Source: the human T2T-CHM13v2.0 reference genome, Homo sapiens
DNA: 64,000 nt
NCBI RefSeq assembly: GCF_009914755.1
Contig: NC_060937.1
Strand: one strand, 5' to 3'
The notes under the pieces were generated by a model. It saw only the letters and a program-made list of their open reading frames with translations, was not told the origin of the DNA and did not search any database. Of this stretch, positions 14,920-27,879 are shown piece after piece. Within the stretch, counting starts at the first letter, position 1, and the number at the start of each line of letters is the position of its first letter. The position numbers were made by a program, and so were the translations under genes.

Positions 14920-15786
14920 CATCTTTTATAAAACACTTTTGTTACAGACAAAATATTTTAAACAGCAGGAACTTTGAATACAGATAAAACATCTAAAGCT
15001 GAATTAGAATTACTGAATGTACATTACATTAAAAATTCAACTTTATAAAATTAGAATACATTTTATTTATTCAAGAGAAGAATGTATCACTTCTTATGTA
15101 TTAAGGGTGAAAGCTGTACAGTGTATATGTCTGTGTATCTTGTTTATAACATGCAGGAGTTAAATAATTTAGAAAAGTTTATGAGGTCTTGGTAAAAATA
15201 CATAACTATTATTTAATACATTTATCCCTTGCCTTTGGGATTTCATCTAATCACTCAAAGATTTGGGCCCCTCAACAGTAAAATAGAAATCATAAGTGAA
15301 TTATAGGTAAAGGTTGTATTTGAATGGTTGACATAAATAATATGTAAATAATATTTTGGCACCCTCATACCAATATTTCTTCCTCGTTGTTATAGAATAT
15401 AGTCTTAATATATGGTAGTACATAGAGTCAAACAGCAATAACATTCAAAATAATAATGATTATCTTTGATTACATAAAATAAATACTTTAGCAGTTATAG
15501 AGCTAAAGTTAGTCACACACTTAATTGAGGTAATCATGCGTTTGTGCTCATATACCAAAACACCTAATTGTTAAAACTCTTCTACTTGGAATGTTTGGAT
15601 CTACCAAAACTAAAATGAAAGTGGTAACAAACATAGTTATGATTTTTCTGCTGCTGGTACAATATTTTTAGGTGAATCCTAACATAATCTTGATTATGTT
15701 CAGAGTTTTAAACCAAAAGTTCCTACTAAAGGATATTAAAGTAAGAAAATGTCTTAGAGGTTCATAACACAGGGAAAAATACATAC

Positions 15787-16135
15787 TTTCTTTTCTTTTT
15801 CTTTTTTTTTCTTTTCTTATTTTTGTGGAGACGGAGTCTCACTCTGTTGCTCAGGCAAGAGTACAACGGCGCCATCTCGGCTCACTGCAACCACCGCCTC
15901 CCGGGTTCAAGCAATTCTCCTGCCTCATCCTCCCGAGTAGCTGGGATTACAGGCACATGACACCACGCCTGGCTAATTTTTTTCTGTTTGTTGTTGTTTG
16001 TTTGTTTGTTTGTTTTGTATTTGTAGTAGAGACGGGGTTTCACCGTGTTAGCCAGGACGATCGCCTGACCTCGTGATCCGCCCGCCTGGGCCTCCCAAAG
16101 TGCTGGGATTACAGGCGCGAGCTACCGCGCCTGGC
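15787..16135 (-). mobile_element. AluS (Sc-like), CpG-rich, expanded linker
   Basis: antisense dimer, (TTTG)n-expanded middle linker, gggaaaaat on both flanks. Confidence 0.93.
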
Positions 16136-16194
16136 GGGAAAAATGCTATCAACGGTTCTTTTTTTCCTTCCCATTGCCTGTCAGATCTTTGAAA

Positions 16195-16196
<2 letters not shown>

Positions 16197-16240
<44 letters not shown>
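16197..16240. repeat. (AC)22 microsatellite
   Basis: uninterrupted AC run. Confidence 0.98.
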
Positions 16241-16244
<4 letters not shown>

Positions 16245-16306
16245 ACATATAATAATCTTTCATATTTTATCATTATATCTACCATTTACTCTTGTATTTT
16301 ATGTAT

Positions 16307-16355
16307 GTATTAGTTCATTCTCACACTTCCATAAAGAAGTACCTGAGACTGGGTA
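16307..16355 (-). mobile_element. THE1/MST MaLR LTR terminal fragment
   Basis: tgtattagttcattctcacacttccataaagaagtacctgagactgggta matches the antisense LTR terminus also seen at 36779 and 38673. Confidence 0.8.
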
Positions 16356-16662
16356 GAGGATACACAAACATCAAAGAAAAAATAGATCAATTGGACCTCA
16401 CTAAATTTCAAATGTGTATGCTTCAAAGGACAACATGATAAAGTGAAAAAAGCAATCTACATAAAAAAGAAACTAAGTTTTCAAGTCATATGCTTGACAC
16501 AAGACTTTTATCTAGATCATGTAGAACAAATCTTGCAACTCAATAGCGAAAAGACAAACACCTCAATTAAAAATGGTCAAACAAGCTGAATAAACAATAC
16601 TCAAAAAGGAGACTTGCAAATATCCAAAAAGCATGTGAAAATATGGTGAACATTGTTGGTCA

Positions 16663-17001
<339 letters not shown>

Positions 17002-17222
17002 TCAAACCCGTGAGATATCACTTCACACTCACTGGGATAGCTGTAATTTTAAAAATACAGATAATTACAAATGTTAGTATATTGTGAAGAAATTAAACTT
17101 TTATATACACTGCAGGAGGAAATGTAAAATGGTGCAGTCACTTTAAAGCACAGTGGGGTAATTCCTCAAAAGATAAAACATAGACTTACTCGATTAGCCT
17201 GCTTCTAGATATACACCGTAAG

Positions 17223-17529
17223 CAGGAGTCCCTATCCTCCCGGCTGCAAACGGCTATGTGTCCGTGGTCTGTTAGGAACCCGGCCGCACAGCAGATGAGT
17301 GGCCGGGAGCCTTACTGCCTGAGCTCCGCCTCCTGTCAGATCAGCAGCGGCATTAGATTCTCATAGGAGCAGAAACCGTATTTTGAAATGTTCAGGGGAG
17401 GGATGTAGGTTGTGTGCGCCTTATCAGAATCCGACTAACGCCTGATGATCTGAGGTGGAATAGTTCCATCTGTGGAACGTTGTCTTCCACAAAACCGGTC
17501 CCCGGTGCCAAAAAGGTTAGGGACTGCTG
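17223..17529. mobile_element. MER1B (hAT-Charlie MITE)
   Basis: caggagtccc...ggttagggactgctg ends; internal gagctccgcctcctgtcagatcagcagcggcattagattctcatagg. Confidence 0.92.
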
Positions 17530-18699
17530 CCATAGAGAAATGAAGGCATATGGCCACACACATACTTGTACACAAATGTTCATAGCAGCATTATTTCCTA
17601 TAACCCAAAATGTGGGAAAGAATAAATATCCATCAACACAGGAATGTATAAACAGGTATGTCATGTGTATATATGAATAATAAAATATCAATCATAAGAA
17701 GGAACAAAGTACTGATGCTTCTTATAATATAGATTAACTTTGAGAACATTGTGCTTAACGGAGAAAGTCAGTCACAAAGGACCACATAATGTATGATCCT
17801 ATTTGCATGAAATGTTCAGAATAGGCAAATTCTTAGAGATAGGAAGCAGATGGCTGCTTTGCTAGGACTGGTGGGGTGAGGTTGAGAAAAAAGGAGGCGA
17901 CTGCTGGTGAGTATATGTTTTCTTTTAGGGGTGATGAAAATGTTCTAAAATTGACTGCAGTGATAATTGCACAACTGTGTAAATATTATTTCTTAATCTT
18001 TTGTAACTTAAATTTAAATGAAACACTATGCTTACATCTAAATTATACAAATAAATATAGAGGTTATAATAATCATGGCTAACATGTCGCACTTACTAGA
18101 TTGCATACACATTTTTGTGTCTGTAAATTGTACACTTTAAATGGGTAAATGTTATGGGATGTGAATTATTTTCTCTAATAAAACTACTAAGAGAGACACA
18201 GAGACAGAGAGAAAGCTCCATAGTCACAGGTTTTGGATGTGGTGAGCAAGACCGCCAGGACAGGCTGTGAGCAAAGCTTGCAGGAAAGTGATGGGGAGCC
18301 TAGGGAGGGTATGAAGCAGAGGAAGGTCCCAATTGGATTTCTCCATTTGAGAACCCTGTTTTCTTCCTGGTGATTCCCTATCGCAGCACCTTTCATCTCT
18401 AATAGTGTGGTTATGTCATTAACATTTTTTTCCCACCAACTCCACCGGATTAGGGGCTTCTGGACTCAGTACCTTACAGCCTTAATGACCAGGCAACAGC
18501 CAAAACAGAATCTTCAACACGTATCTATTGACTAAGTGGGCAAAATGTAAAATAATTAAAAAGAAGTATAGCTGCTTATAATAATATTTTATTACACTGA
18601 TAAAAGTTATTTCTATAAAGACAATTTTCTTCCCTTTTAAAATGTCATTTCCACAGTAAAAAACAAAATTAAATAAATGTAATGGTGTAAGTATGAAAT

Positions 18700-18880
18700 T
18701 CAAGAGGAATGGTTGAGAAGTTACAATTGATTTACTAACTGCCATGATTCCACCCTATCAGAAAATTAACCTGGAGCAAATTGTTTAGTATTTCTGACTT
18801 CTAGTTTTCTCAGTTATCATATAGGAGTAATAAAGGTACTTATTTTCACTTTTTTTGGCAAAAGTCAAATCAGTTATGCA
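18700..18880 (+). mobile_element. MIR relic
   Basis: acctggagcaaattgtttagtatttctgacttctagttttctcag resembles the MIR core. Confidence 0.45.
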
Positions 18881-19369
18881 AATTTGTTATAGTGGTGAGT
18901 GTGACCCCTTCTTTTTCCTCTTTTTCTTTCCCTTTAACAGTAGTCACAACACCAGTGTACCAGAAAATTAGGTAATGGTTAAGTAAGCCAATGTATATAA
19001 AACTGCACCTCAGTAAAATCATTATGACTTTCACCTACTTTCATTATATATATATATATATGTTGTCCTTTGAAGCATAAACATTTTAATTTAATGAGGT
19101 CCTACTGATCTATTTTTTCTTTGGTGTTTGTGTTTTTGTTGGCAGATATGCTTATTTTTGACATTTGCACCAAGGTATTGCTCTAGGCTCTGGGGTCCTT
19201 GAAGAGACCTCTCTATTAATTGTTACATCAATGGTCCATAGTGATCATCAAAAATTAGTTTCTCAATAGGAAGATTAAATTTAAATCAGATATTTGAATC
19301 AATCATTGAGACAATTTACAAAAATCATTCACAGTGCTTCCTTATAGAAACCAAAATTCTGTTTGAGAG

Positions 19370-19595
19370 TAGAGCTAAGTGTTAAGAGCAGTGAATATAA
19401 AGTCAGGTATTCTCAGTCTGAATTATAGCTGTCGTATCCTCTGGCTGCATGGCATATATGCATCTCAGTTTCCTTAACTGCCAACGCAGTTAGCATAATG
19501 ATTATTTTCCCAAAGTTTGTTGTAAAAGTAAAATAATATATAAAACCTACACAAAAGTGCACCTTTATACATACTGTTACTTAAATAGTCCTATC
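19370..19595 (+). mobile_element. MIR relic whose tail overlaps the left arm of an inverted repeat
   Basis: gtgttaagagcagtgaat..agtcagg, tctcagtttccttaactg. Confidence 0.5.
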
Positions 19596-19758
19596 TTAAA
19601 ACATTTACCCTCACATCTGGATAACACAAATAAATAGGTGAAAATAATGATAGCTAACATACTACCCATTTTCACCTCTCTATTTATTTGTGTTATCAAG
19701 ACGTGAGGGTAAATGTTTTCACTTAAGATAGGACTATTTAAGTAACAGTATGTATAAA
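19564..19758. repeat. Long near-perfect inverted repeat (arms 19564-19645 and 19668-19758, 22-bp loop)
   Basis: arms are reverse complements apart from 2 substitutions and two short indels (4 and 5 nt). Confidence 0.95.
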
Positions 19759-20326
19759 TATGACATCCCTTTTTACATTCAGATTTTTTCATTTGTTTGT
19801 TTTTTAAACTTTTTTTAAATTGACAAATAAAAATTGTATTATTTGAGGTTGCTTACTAGACAAGAAAATGTAACATGGCAGCTTCTTTCCATCTGAAAAA
19901 CAGGTTGATTTTGTGTCACCTGAGACATTAGGATGTATTATTATGTTATCAGGCATACTTGATGTTTAAGGTTCTTTGTCATCTACAGATGACAAAGGAT
20001 TGACTAGGGTTTTAGTCATTTAAATCAGAAAATAAAACGCTATGCTTGGTTTGAGCAGATGATCATTATTGCTACTCACGCCTACTCATGTCAGAGTTGA
20101 CATGAATAGTCTAAAATTTGTACACTTTTATTTATTGTCATTTCATTTTCAGGCTGCTTATTCTAAAAAGGACTAGTTTTCATGCTGTAAAACACTGGCC
20201 AGATAACTTATGATAATTTATGATGAGCTTATTCACTTAGTTACTAATATTTTCAGGAACAACTTAATGGGCATTCACAATATATAAGATCAACAATTTT
20301 AGCAAAAAATCCTTTATATCCCTCTC

Positions 20327-20928
<602 letters not shown>

Positions 20929-21465
20929 TATACATATATCTTAAGTTATAAATATTTGGTGTATTAAAATTGATTACGGTAATTGACTTCTATTAGTTAA
21001 GAGTTGATATTTAAATAATATTTACCAATTATATGAAATGTGTGACAACTTAAACTCTAGATTAGATTTCTCATGTGCTTTTTGCATTTCTTGTTACTAC
21101 TATATTAGATTTACCTAATTTACAATTTTATATTTTCAGACATGACATCAAGTATTTGAAGGCTTTTTCATGTAGTTTAAATGCTCAGAAAGTAAATGGA
21201 CCTGTGGAGAGATTTCTTATAGAATACCATTTTCTGTGTTCCTTTGTATCTAAACAGAAACATACCATAATAAAAAAGACATTGCACATTTGGGTTTTCT
21301 TCATAAGAAATATTTTATAAGCTAAATGGGTATTTAGCCTCTCTGACACTGATCAGGGAGACAGGTCCTTAAAATAAGCCACTTGAACTCAAAGAAATAG
21401 TATTAACTGGTCTTAACCAATAGTACATAACCTCATTCCACATTGAAATAACTATGTGGGCACTT

Positions 21466-22041
21466 GACAGACATAGTGAGTCAAGGTGAACATGGACAAA
21501 CATAGTGTATCAAGGTGAACATGAACAGGCATAGTGCATCAAGGTGAACATGAACAAACACAGTGCATCAAGGTGAACATGGACAGACACAGTGTATCAA
21601 GGTGAACATGGACAGACACAGTGTATCAAGGTGAACATGAACAGACACAGTATATCAAGGTGAACATGCACAGACACAGTGTATCAAGGTGAACATGGAC
21701 AGACACAGTGTATCAAGGTGAACATGGACAGACACAGTGTATCAAGGTGAACATGGACAGACACAGTGCATCAAGGTGAACATGGACAGACATAGTGTAT
21801 CAAGGTGAACATGTACAGACAGTGCATCAAAGTGAACATGGACAGACATAGTGTATCAAGGTGAACATGTACAGACATAGTGCATCAAAGTGAACATGGA
21901 CAAACACAGTGCATCAACTTGAACATGCACAGACATAATGTATCCATGTGAACAAGAAGAGACATAGTATATGGAGCTGAACATGGACAGATATAGTGTA
22001 TCAAGATGAACATGGGCAGATATAGCCTATTGAGGTGAACA
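21466..22041. repeat. 29-bp minisatellite, ~20 copies
   Basis: unit ggacagacacagtgtatcaaggtgaacat, head-to-tail with no spacers; degenerates towards the right end. Confidence 0.97.
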
Positions 22042-23376
22042 CTTACATCCTGTTTTCACTGTTTCTTGTGGTGGACACCATGTGTTGTGGGTACATAATC
22101 TGTGACCATAATTTGATTGTATCAAAATATTTAAATATTCCTTTAACACTGAATCCAGACGAGTTGTGCAAGTGATCGCCCACTGTTTTATTGAATAATC
22201 CAAGGGTGTGTGAACTGGCAGTTAGTTCTACCTTCTATTTGCTTAGGGATGCCTCATCTCACTTGCTTTATACACAGTTGATGCTCTATCAGCACTGTTC
22301 CTAAAGCACTTCTTTCTAGAAGTTCTACAGCTCAAATAATACCTAACATGGTTAAAAAAGAAAATCTTCTCACTTACGATGGTTTCAATGATAAATAAAA
22401 ACTGTGTACTTTCTTTTATTTCTAAAAACAAACATGGCAAGAGCCGATTCATGTTCTGCACATCAGAGGATTTATTAAATCGTAAGATGAAATACCTACC
22501 ACCAAGTCCAAATAATGGCAGTTGCTCTTTCATACTGTGTAATTCATATTGTGAAATGTTGAATAGTATCATTTGAGAAAGAATTGTTAGTAAACACACA
22601 CTGCGTTTTCTTATATAACACACAATTTAGTACTATTGTTGTGTTTGACATTATAAATGTCTTGGCAGTAACATTGCACGTACTTATCTTTGCTGTATAA
22701 GGGCATGACCTTTGAAGACTGCCTCTTTGATTTTCTTTAATTTTCTATCCTAAGCTGAAAAATCATAACACATTCAGAGAAAATATTGAAAATATATATT
22801 TTATTAGAATTGCTATTGTGTTTCTATAAAAATTGAATGAAAACCTTGATAACATCATTACATTCATTTGTTAAAACCAATTACTCAAAGGGATCACACT
22901 GGAAATTAAAGACAAATGGATTACTGAGCCACTAAGTTCCAACTCAAACCTGTTTTCAGATACCTGTGTGAAAAACTCCTACTTGCTGATTTATTTGTAC
23001 TTGCACGATTGTATTCACAACAAACTTCTGTATTTCTTTTTCTGAGTTCTGTGGTTGCATTTTTATCATTACCATTTTGGGGCTAGTAATTCATCTTAAG
23101 CAGAACAAAGATAAAATATCCCAAAATTGTAATGATAATTTAAGTTTAACAAACACAACCAGTAATACACAATGGATATGTAAAGGTAGAATCACTTTAC
23201 CCTGTTAACTAAATTTATTCAACACAAACTGACTAATCTCTCCTCTATGTTATGTTTGAAAACATAACAGCCCCTCTCTCTCTCTCTCCATATATATATA
23301 TAGAGAGATATAATTACAAGTATATATGGAAGAGTATTATATTTATAGAAGAGTATTAAGAAGCCTATTATATATT

Positions 23377-23717
23377 AAATACCCTTCTACCCTGGCATAT
23401 TTGACTTTTCAATTTTCCTATACCTTCCTTAATTATTAGATTATCTTATTTCCTTAAATGAACCACCTTTAACATACGAGTGTATGTATATGTGTATATA
23501 TGTGTATATAACATATATGTACGAACACCTATATATGTTTATATATATATACAGAAATATATATATATACAGAAATATATATATATATATACATGCACCC
23601 ATACACAACACATATGTATTTAAAATGGTTCATTTAATGAAATAATAAGAGCACCTAATAATTAAAGACAATATTGGAAAATTGTGAAGTCAAATACACC
23701 AGGGTAGAAAGGTATTT
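23377..23717. repeat. Diverged ~100-bp inverted repeat around a (TA/TG/CA)n centre
   Basis: aaatacccttctaccctggcatatttgact...ttaaatgaacca (23377-23477) pairs with tggttcatttaa...agtcaaatacaccagggtagaaaggtattt (23616-23717); roughly 80% identity by eye. Confidence 0.9.
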
Positions 23718-25704
23718 TATCTTTCTTAAAGCCTAAGGTATTATTGCATCAATCTTCCTTATGTCTTTGAGATTACTGATAAACATAAAAATGAAAAAAT
23801 ACATACATAAATTAACTTTTATTTAAAATATTGGTAGCTGAAGCTAAATAAAATAACCCCCAAAATCTCAGCTAAAAGTATAAAATAATCAAATTATACA
23901 GGTAGTAAAAAGGACAAATAAAAATGTAGAGAACCATAAACATGCTGCAGCAAACCTTTAGTAGAAATATGACCAAATTCTCTATTCTAGCCCATGTTTC
24001 ATTTTTGGGGGTTTTGAGAACTGATCTACTTATCTGACAAGCCCAGACAGAAGAAGCAAGCAACATACTTAAACAATGAACTGCAAACAACAGAATATCT
24101 CTATGTACTTTTAAGTGAAGTGATTAAAAAAAAAACTGGGCCTCTTATAATCATTAGGAAGGTGAAGGATTAGGCTTGCAGAAGTGGCAGTTCCCAGAGG
24201 GACACTGGAGGATTGAGTAGCAGAAGCTACAGCAAAGGTCACAGAGATAAACAAACTAGTCAACACATTGCAGTTGTCACTGTAATGAACACATTTCCTG
24301 GCCCTTGGACTTTGTTTCAATCACTTAAGTTCCAATGTACTGAAGATATAATTGGCTATGCCTACATAATTTCTCCATTCATTGTGTCCTTTGATTACCA
24401 TACCAAGAAGTATACACTAAATTTCACGAGGAAGATACATTTTGAGGATAATTTTTCTAAAGTGAGATTGAAGATAAATTACAAAGTGGAAGGAAGAATT
24501 AGATATCAGAAAAATGGTTTGCATTTTCACATAATGTTTGTATATACAGGTATAGTAATAGAACAGATATCTACAAGGCTTCACAGGGATACAGCTGTAT
24601 ACCTCCCGTCCCGCAGCTACTGCAAGCAGGCAAAGACACATATTCACAGGCATTTCAATCTTTGAGTAAGTCTTCGATGTCTGGAGTACATGCAATGGAT
24701 TTTTTGATAGTAACAAAATTATTAATAGCATATCAAATAATTTAAAGATCATATTAAAATGGACATTAATATTTTAGAGGCCCAATATAAAATAAAATCA
24801 GGGATAACATTGTCATATTTCTAGTAATGGTTTGCTACAATATGTTAAAGATTGTTTATATGTTTTTATTTGTCACTTTTACTACCTGTTAGATTTCATT
24901 TCTCTAACTCTTTAGAAGAATAGAAGGGGAAATGAAAATTCAGGTAAATTCTCTCTTTCTCCAATTAACTGAAAGTTAAAATCAGTATTGCTTTAAAGGC
25001 CAGATGGTTGTATAATGACTACATTTTTAAAATGTTTCTAACTATTTTAGTTAGAATATCTTATTACTATCATTTAGAGATATGTTTCTTTATGGAACTG
25101 GAATCAAGACTATTATAAAGATTCAGAAATGTTTTAGTTTAGCTTGTGCATCATGGGCTAGTCTGATATTATCGTATAGTTATTACTGTTCAAAATATGT
25201 TTAGAAAAGTATTTCCAGGGCAAAGTGCAAAGATCACAATAACAAGCAAACTTATTTGTCTCCCTTGTTTTTTTATTTCAGTCAGTCTTTCTCGAATGAG
25301 TCAATTGTATTTTATTGCAAGAAATACTTTTCATGCAGAGATTTAAGCTGAAAATGCGTACAGACTCTCTCTGAGTTAAGGTTTTGAAACTAGTATTTTA
25401 TATGTCTCAGTGATTTGAACTTTTGTCAGCACTCAACAAAATGAATTTTACAGCAAATCTTCTTTCTAAGAGTTTACCACTCTGGATCCTTAATGCCACA
25501 GATATAGGAGGGAATGTAGTTTGCCACCACTTTAGTTAGTATTGTGAAACATAATCTGGTACAAAATGTATGTTTCAGGTTTTCTTCATATGAAGGAAAA
25601 AACAAACAACAACAAACAACAACAATGAAACTCTTTAAGAGTTCCAATTTCCTTATATTAATCATCCTTAAGCTTTATATAATCTGCATTAATTTATACT
25701 TCTT

Positions 25705-26795
25705 TATATAGCAGTTCAGAACTAGTAAGGATATAGAAAACACACAGTAACACGAAATTTAATGTAAAGCTTTAATAGCTATGATAAAACGAAACCTATA
25801 GCATATAAGGAAGCTAAACATGGAAGAGTACCCAAGAGAAGATAAACTCAAAAGAGGTTGAGTCCTAGCTGGAGAAGATATCATTCAGTTGTCTATAATA
25901 TTCACTTGCTTGGCGAGGCTGGAGCTAGTCTGTTGCTATTGAGAAAGCAGTAGGCCACCTTCTTTTCTGGAGTACAGGTAAGAAAACAAGAAATAGGCTG
26001 GGCATGGTGGCTCACGCCTGTAATCCCAGCACTTTGGGAGGCTGAGATGGGTAGATCATGAGGTCAGGAGTTCAAGACCAGCCTCGCCAACATGGTGAAA
26101 CCCCACCTCTATTTAAAAAAAAAAAATACAAAAAAATTTAGCTGGGTGTGGTGGCAGGCAACTGTAATCCCAGCTACTCTGGAGGCTGAGGCAAGAGAAT
26201 CGTTTGAACTCAGGAGGCGGAGGTTACAGTGAGCCGAAATTGTGCCATTGCACTCCAGCCTGGGTGACAAGGAGAGACTCTGTCTCAAAAGAAAAGAAAA
26301 AGAAAACAAGGAATAAGTAACAGGTATCACAGGTGTGCAGTAGGAATCTGAGCAGAGTAGGTGCAGGTAGCCATCGGAGAATACAGGCTGTGTAGGTCCT
26401 GTGGAAAGAGTGGAAGTCTGATAGGTGATCCTTCTGGCCACGAGCTGCATGTAGGCTGTACAGAGACTTACAGAGGAAGTGCAGGCACCACTAGTAGAGA
26501 AGAGACATTATGGCGAGTAGGCCACATGAGTCGTTTGGTCATCAGTGCAGCTGGTAGTTTTCAGAGTGTCCGGATGTCTACAGAAAAGCTATCAACAGGC
26601 CTACTCTGCCTAAACGCTAATTAGCAGGAGATTCTCTTCCTCCTATAATGTCCTTCCAGAGCTCTCTACTGAGAGAACATAATAACATGTTCACTTCAAA
26701 GGAGAAATATTCAAAGGGATACTGCCGTTTATCCTACGCCATTTACTGAAGGGTACATTCAGAGCTGAAAGGCAAAGAATTGATAATGAAGAACA
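25705..26795 (-). mobile_element. ERVL-class LTR (LTR82/LTR52/LTR41 group), Alu-interrupted
   Basis: reverse complement begins ttatcaattctttgcctttcagctctgaatgtacccttc...atttctcctttg...cagtagagagctctggaaggacatt, typical of this LTR group; left boundary approximate. Confidence 0.65.
25996..26300 (+). mobile_element. AluSg-type, full length
   Basis: gatcatgaggtcaggagttcaagacc; TSD agaaaacaag(a/g)aata. Confidence 0.95.
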
Positions 26796-27380
26796 TGATT
26801 AAGTTCAGGTTATTTATTATTTGGTTACTCCAAATAAGCATCCCTCTACATATATTTGAACTCCTCATTATAATAAGTTAACTCTACACGTATACCTAAA
26901 CGGCACACATCTCTCCTTACAAATGGAGAAGCTCTCACTCTTCTCCAAAATGAGAAGACACACATTTCCAACAGTTATTGTATCTATAAAAAGCTGCATT
27001 TCTCACTTCTCAAAATTCGCAGGTGGTTTAAATGAATGGTCTGATGCATTGAATATTCTTTTACTTAATACTGAAATGCAAATTAACTTCCAATAACTAG
27101 TATATAAAATACACAAGAACGAGGGCAACAAAGAGAAGGAATAAAAGATTGATTAGTACATAAAATAAATGCGTGAATATAACAAGCAGTAGGGAAACAC
27201 ACAAGCTATTACACTTGGTGTTTCTGTAGTTGGTCATGGATCCTAGATAATATCTAGACTTTGCTCTTCAAAGACCTATTTCAATTTGTTGTTGTTGCTC
27301 TCAGCCAGAACCTCAGCTTCTCTTCCAACTTTAGCTGATGTAGTAATTGAATCATTCCCAACTCTTTATTCTGGAAAGGA
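26796..27380 (-). mobile_element. ERVL internal 3' region adjoining the LTR
   Basis: ggtcatggatcctag, ctcagccagaacctcagc, cattcccaactctttattc resemble antisense ERVL-int. Confidence 0.45.
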
Positions 27381-27399
27381 GAAGTGGGGGAGAGATAGA

Positions 27400-27423
27400 A
27401 AAAGAGAGAGAGAGAGAGAGAGA
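27400..27423. repeat. (GA)n microsatellite
   Basis: AG run. Confidence 0.9.
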
Positions 27424-27759
27424 ATTAATACATTAACATTTGTATAATTGGGGAACCTACATAGGGGTGGTATATGTGTATTCACCATATGAATCTTTTA
27501 ATTATCAGTTGTTGAAAATGTTAGTTAAGAAGTTGGCAAAAATAGAAACGATATAGTTATGGGAAAATAAAATCTGTGTATAAAGCCTTAAAGACATCCA
27601 AATACAAATGTCATTACATTTGAGTGTATTTCCACCTTTCCTCTGCTCCAATTAGAAAAAAAGTGAATAAATTGGACCAGAATATTCATATAACTTTTAC
27701 TTAATGATTTCCTTTTTCTTGATTTAGAAGTAATGCAGTCTTTATTTTGTGAATAATGA

Positions 27760-27879
27760 GTGTAGTGTTTAATATTATTTCAACTTGGCAGGCCCCTGGT
27801 GCCCAGCTTTTGATCAAACGTTACTTTGGATGTTTCTGTGAGTGTTTTAAGGTGAGATTTACATTTAAATAAGTGGATT
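27760..27879 (+). mobile_element. MLT2 LTR 5' fragment
   Basis: tcaacttggcaggcccctggtgcccag...tcaaacgttactttggatgtttctgtgag. Confidence 0.7.

Noticed and set aside
21466-22041. CRISPR-like array or coding repeat
   Set aside because: Units are contiguous with no unique spacers, there are no cas genes, the context is primate, and the 29-bp period breaks frame and contains stops
22243-22623. 126-aa minus-strand ORF
   Set aside because: Non-ATG start, composition typical of AT-rich noncoding DNA, no domain or exon structure
26659-26672. CTCF site expected in LTR41-group LTRs
   Set aside because: Decayed to tcagtagagagctc on the minus strand, with several core mismatches
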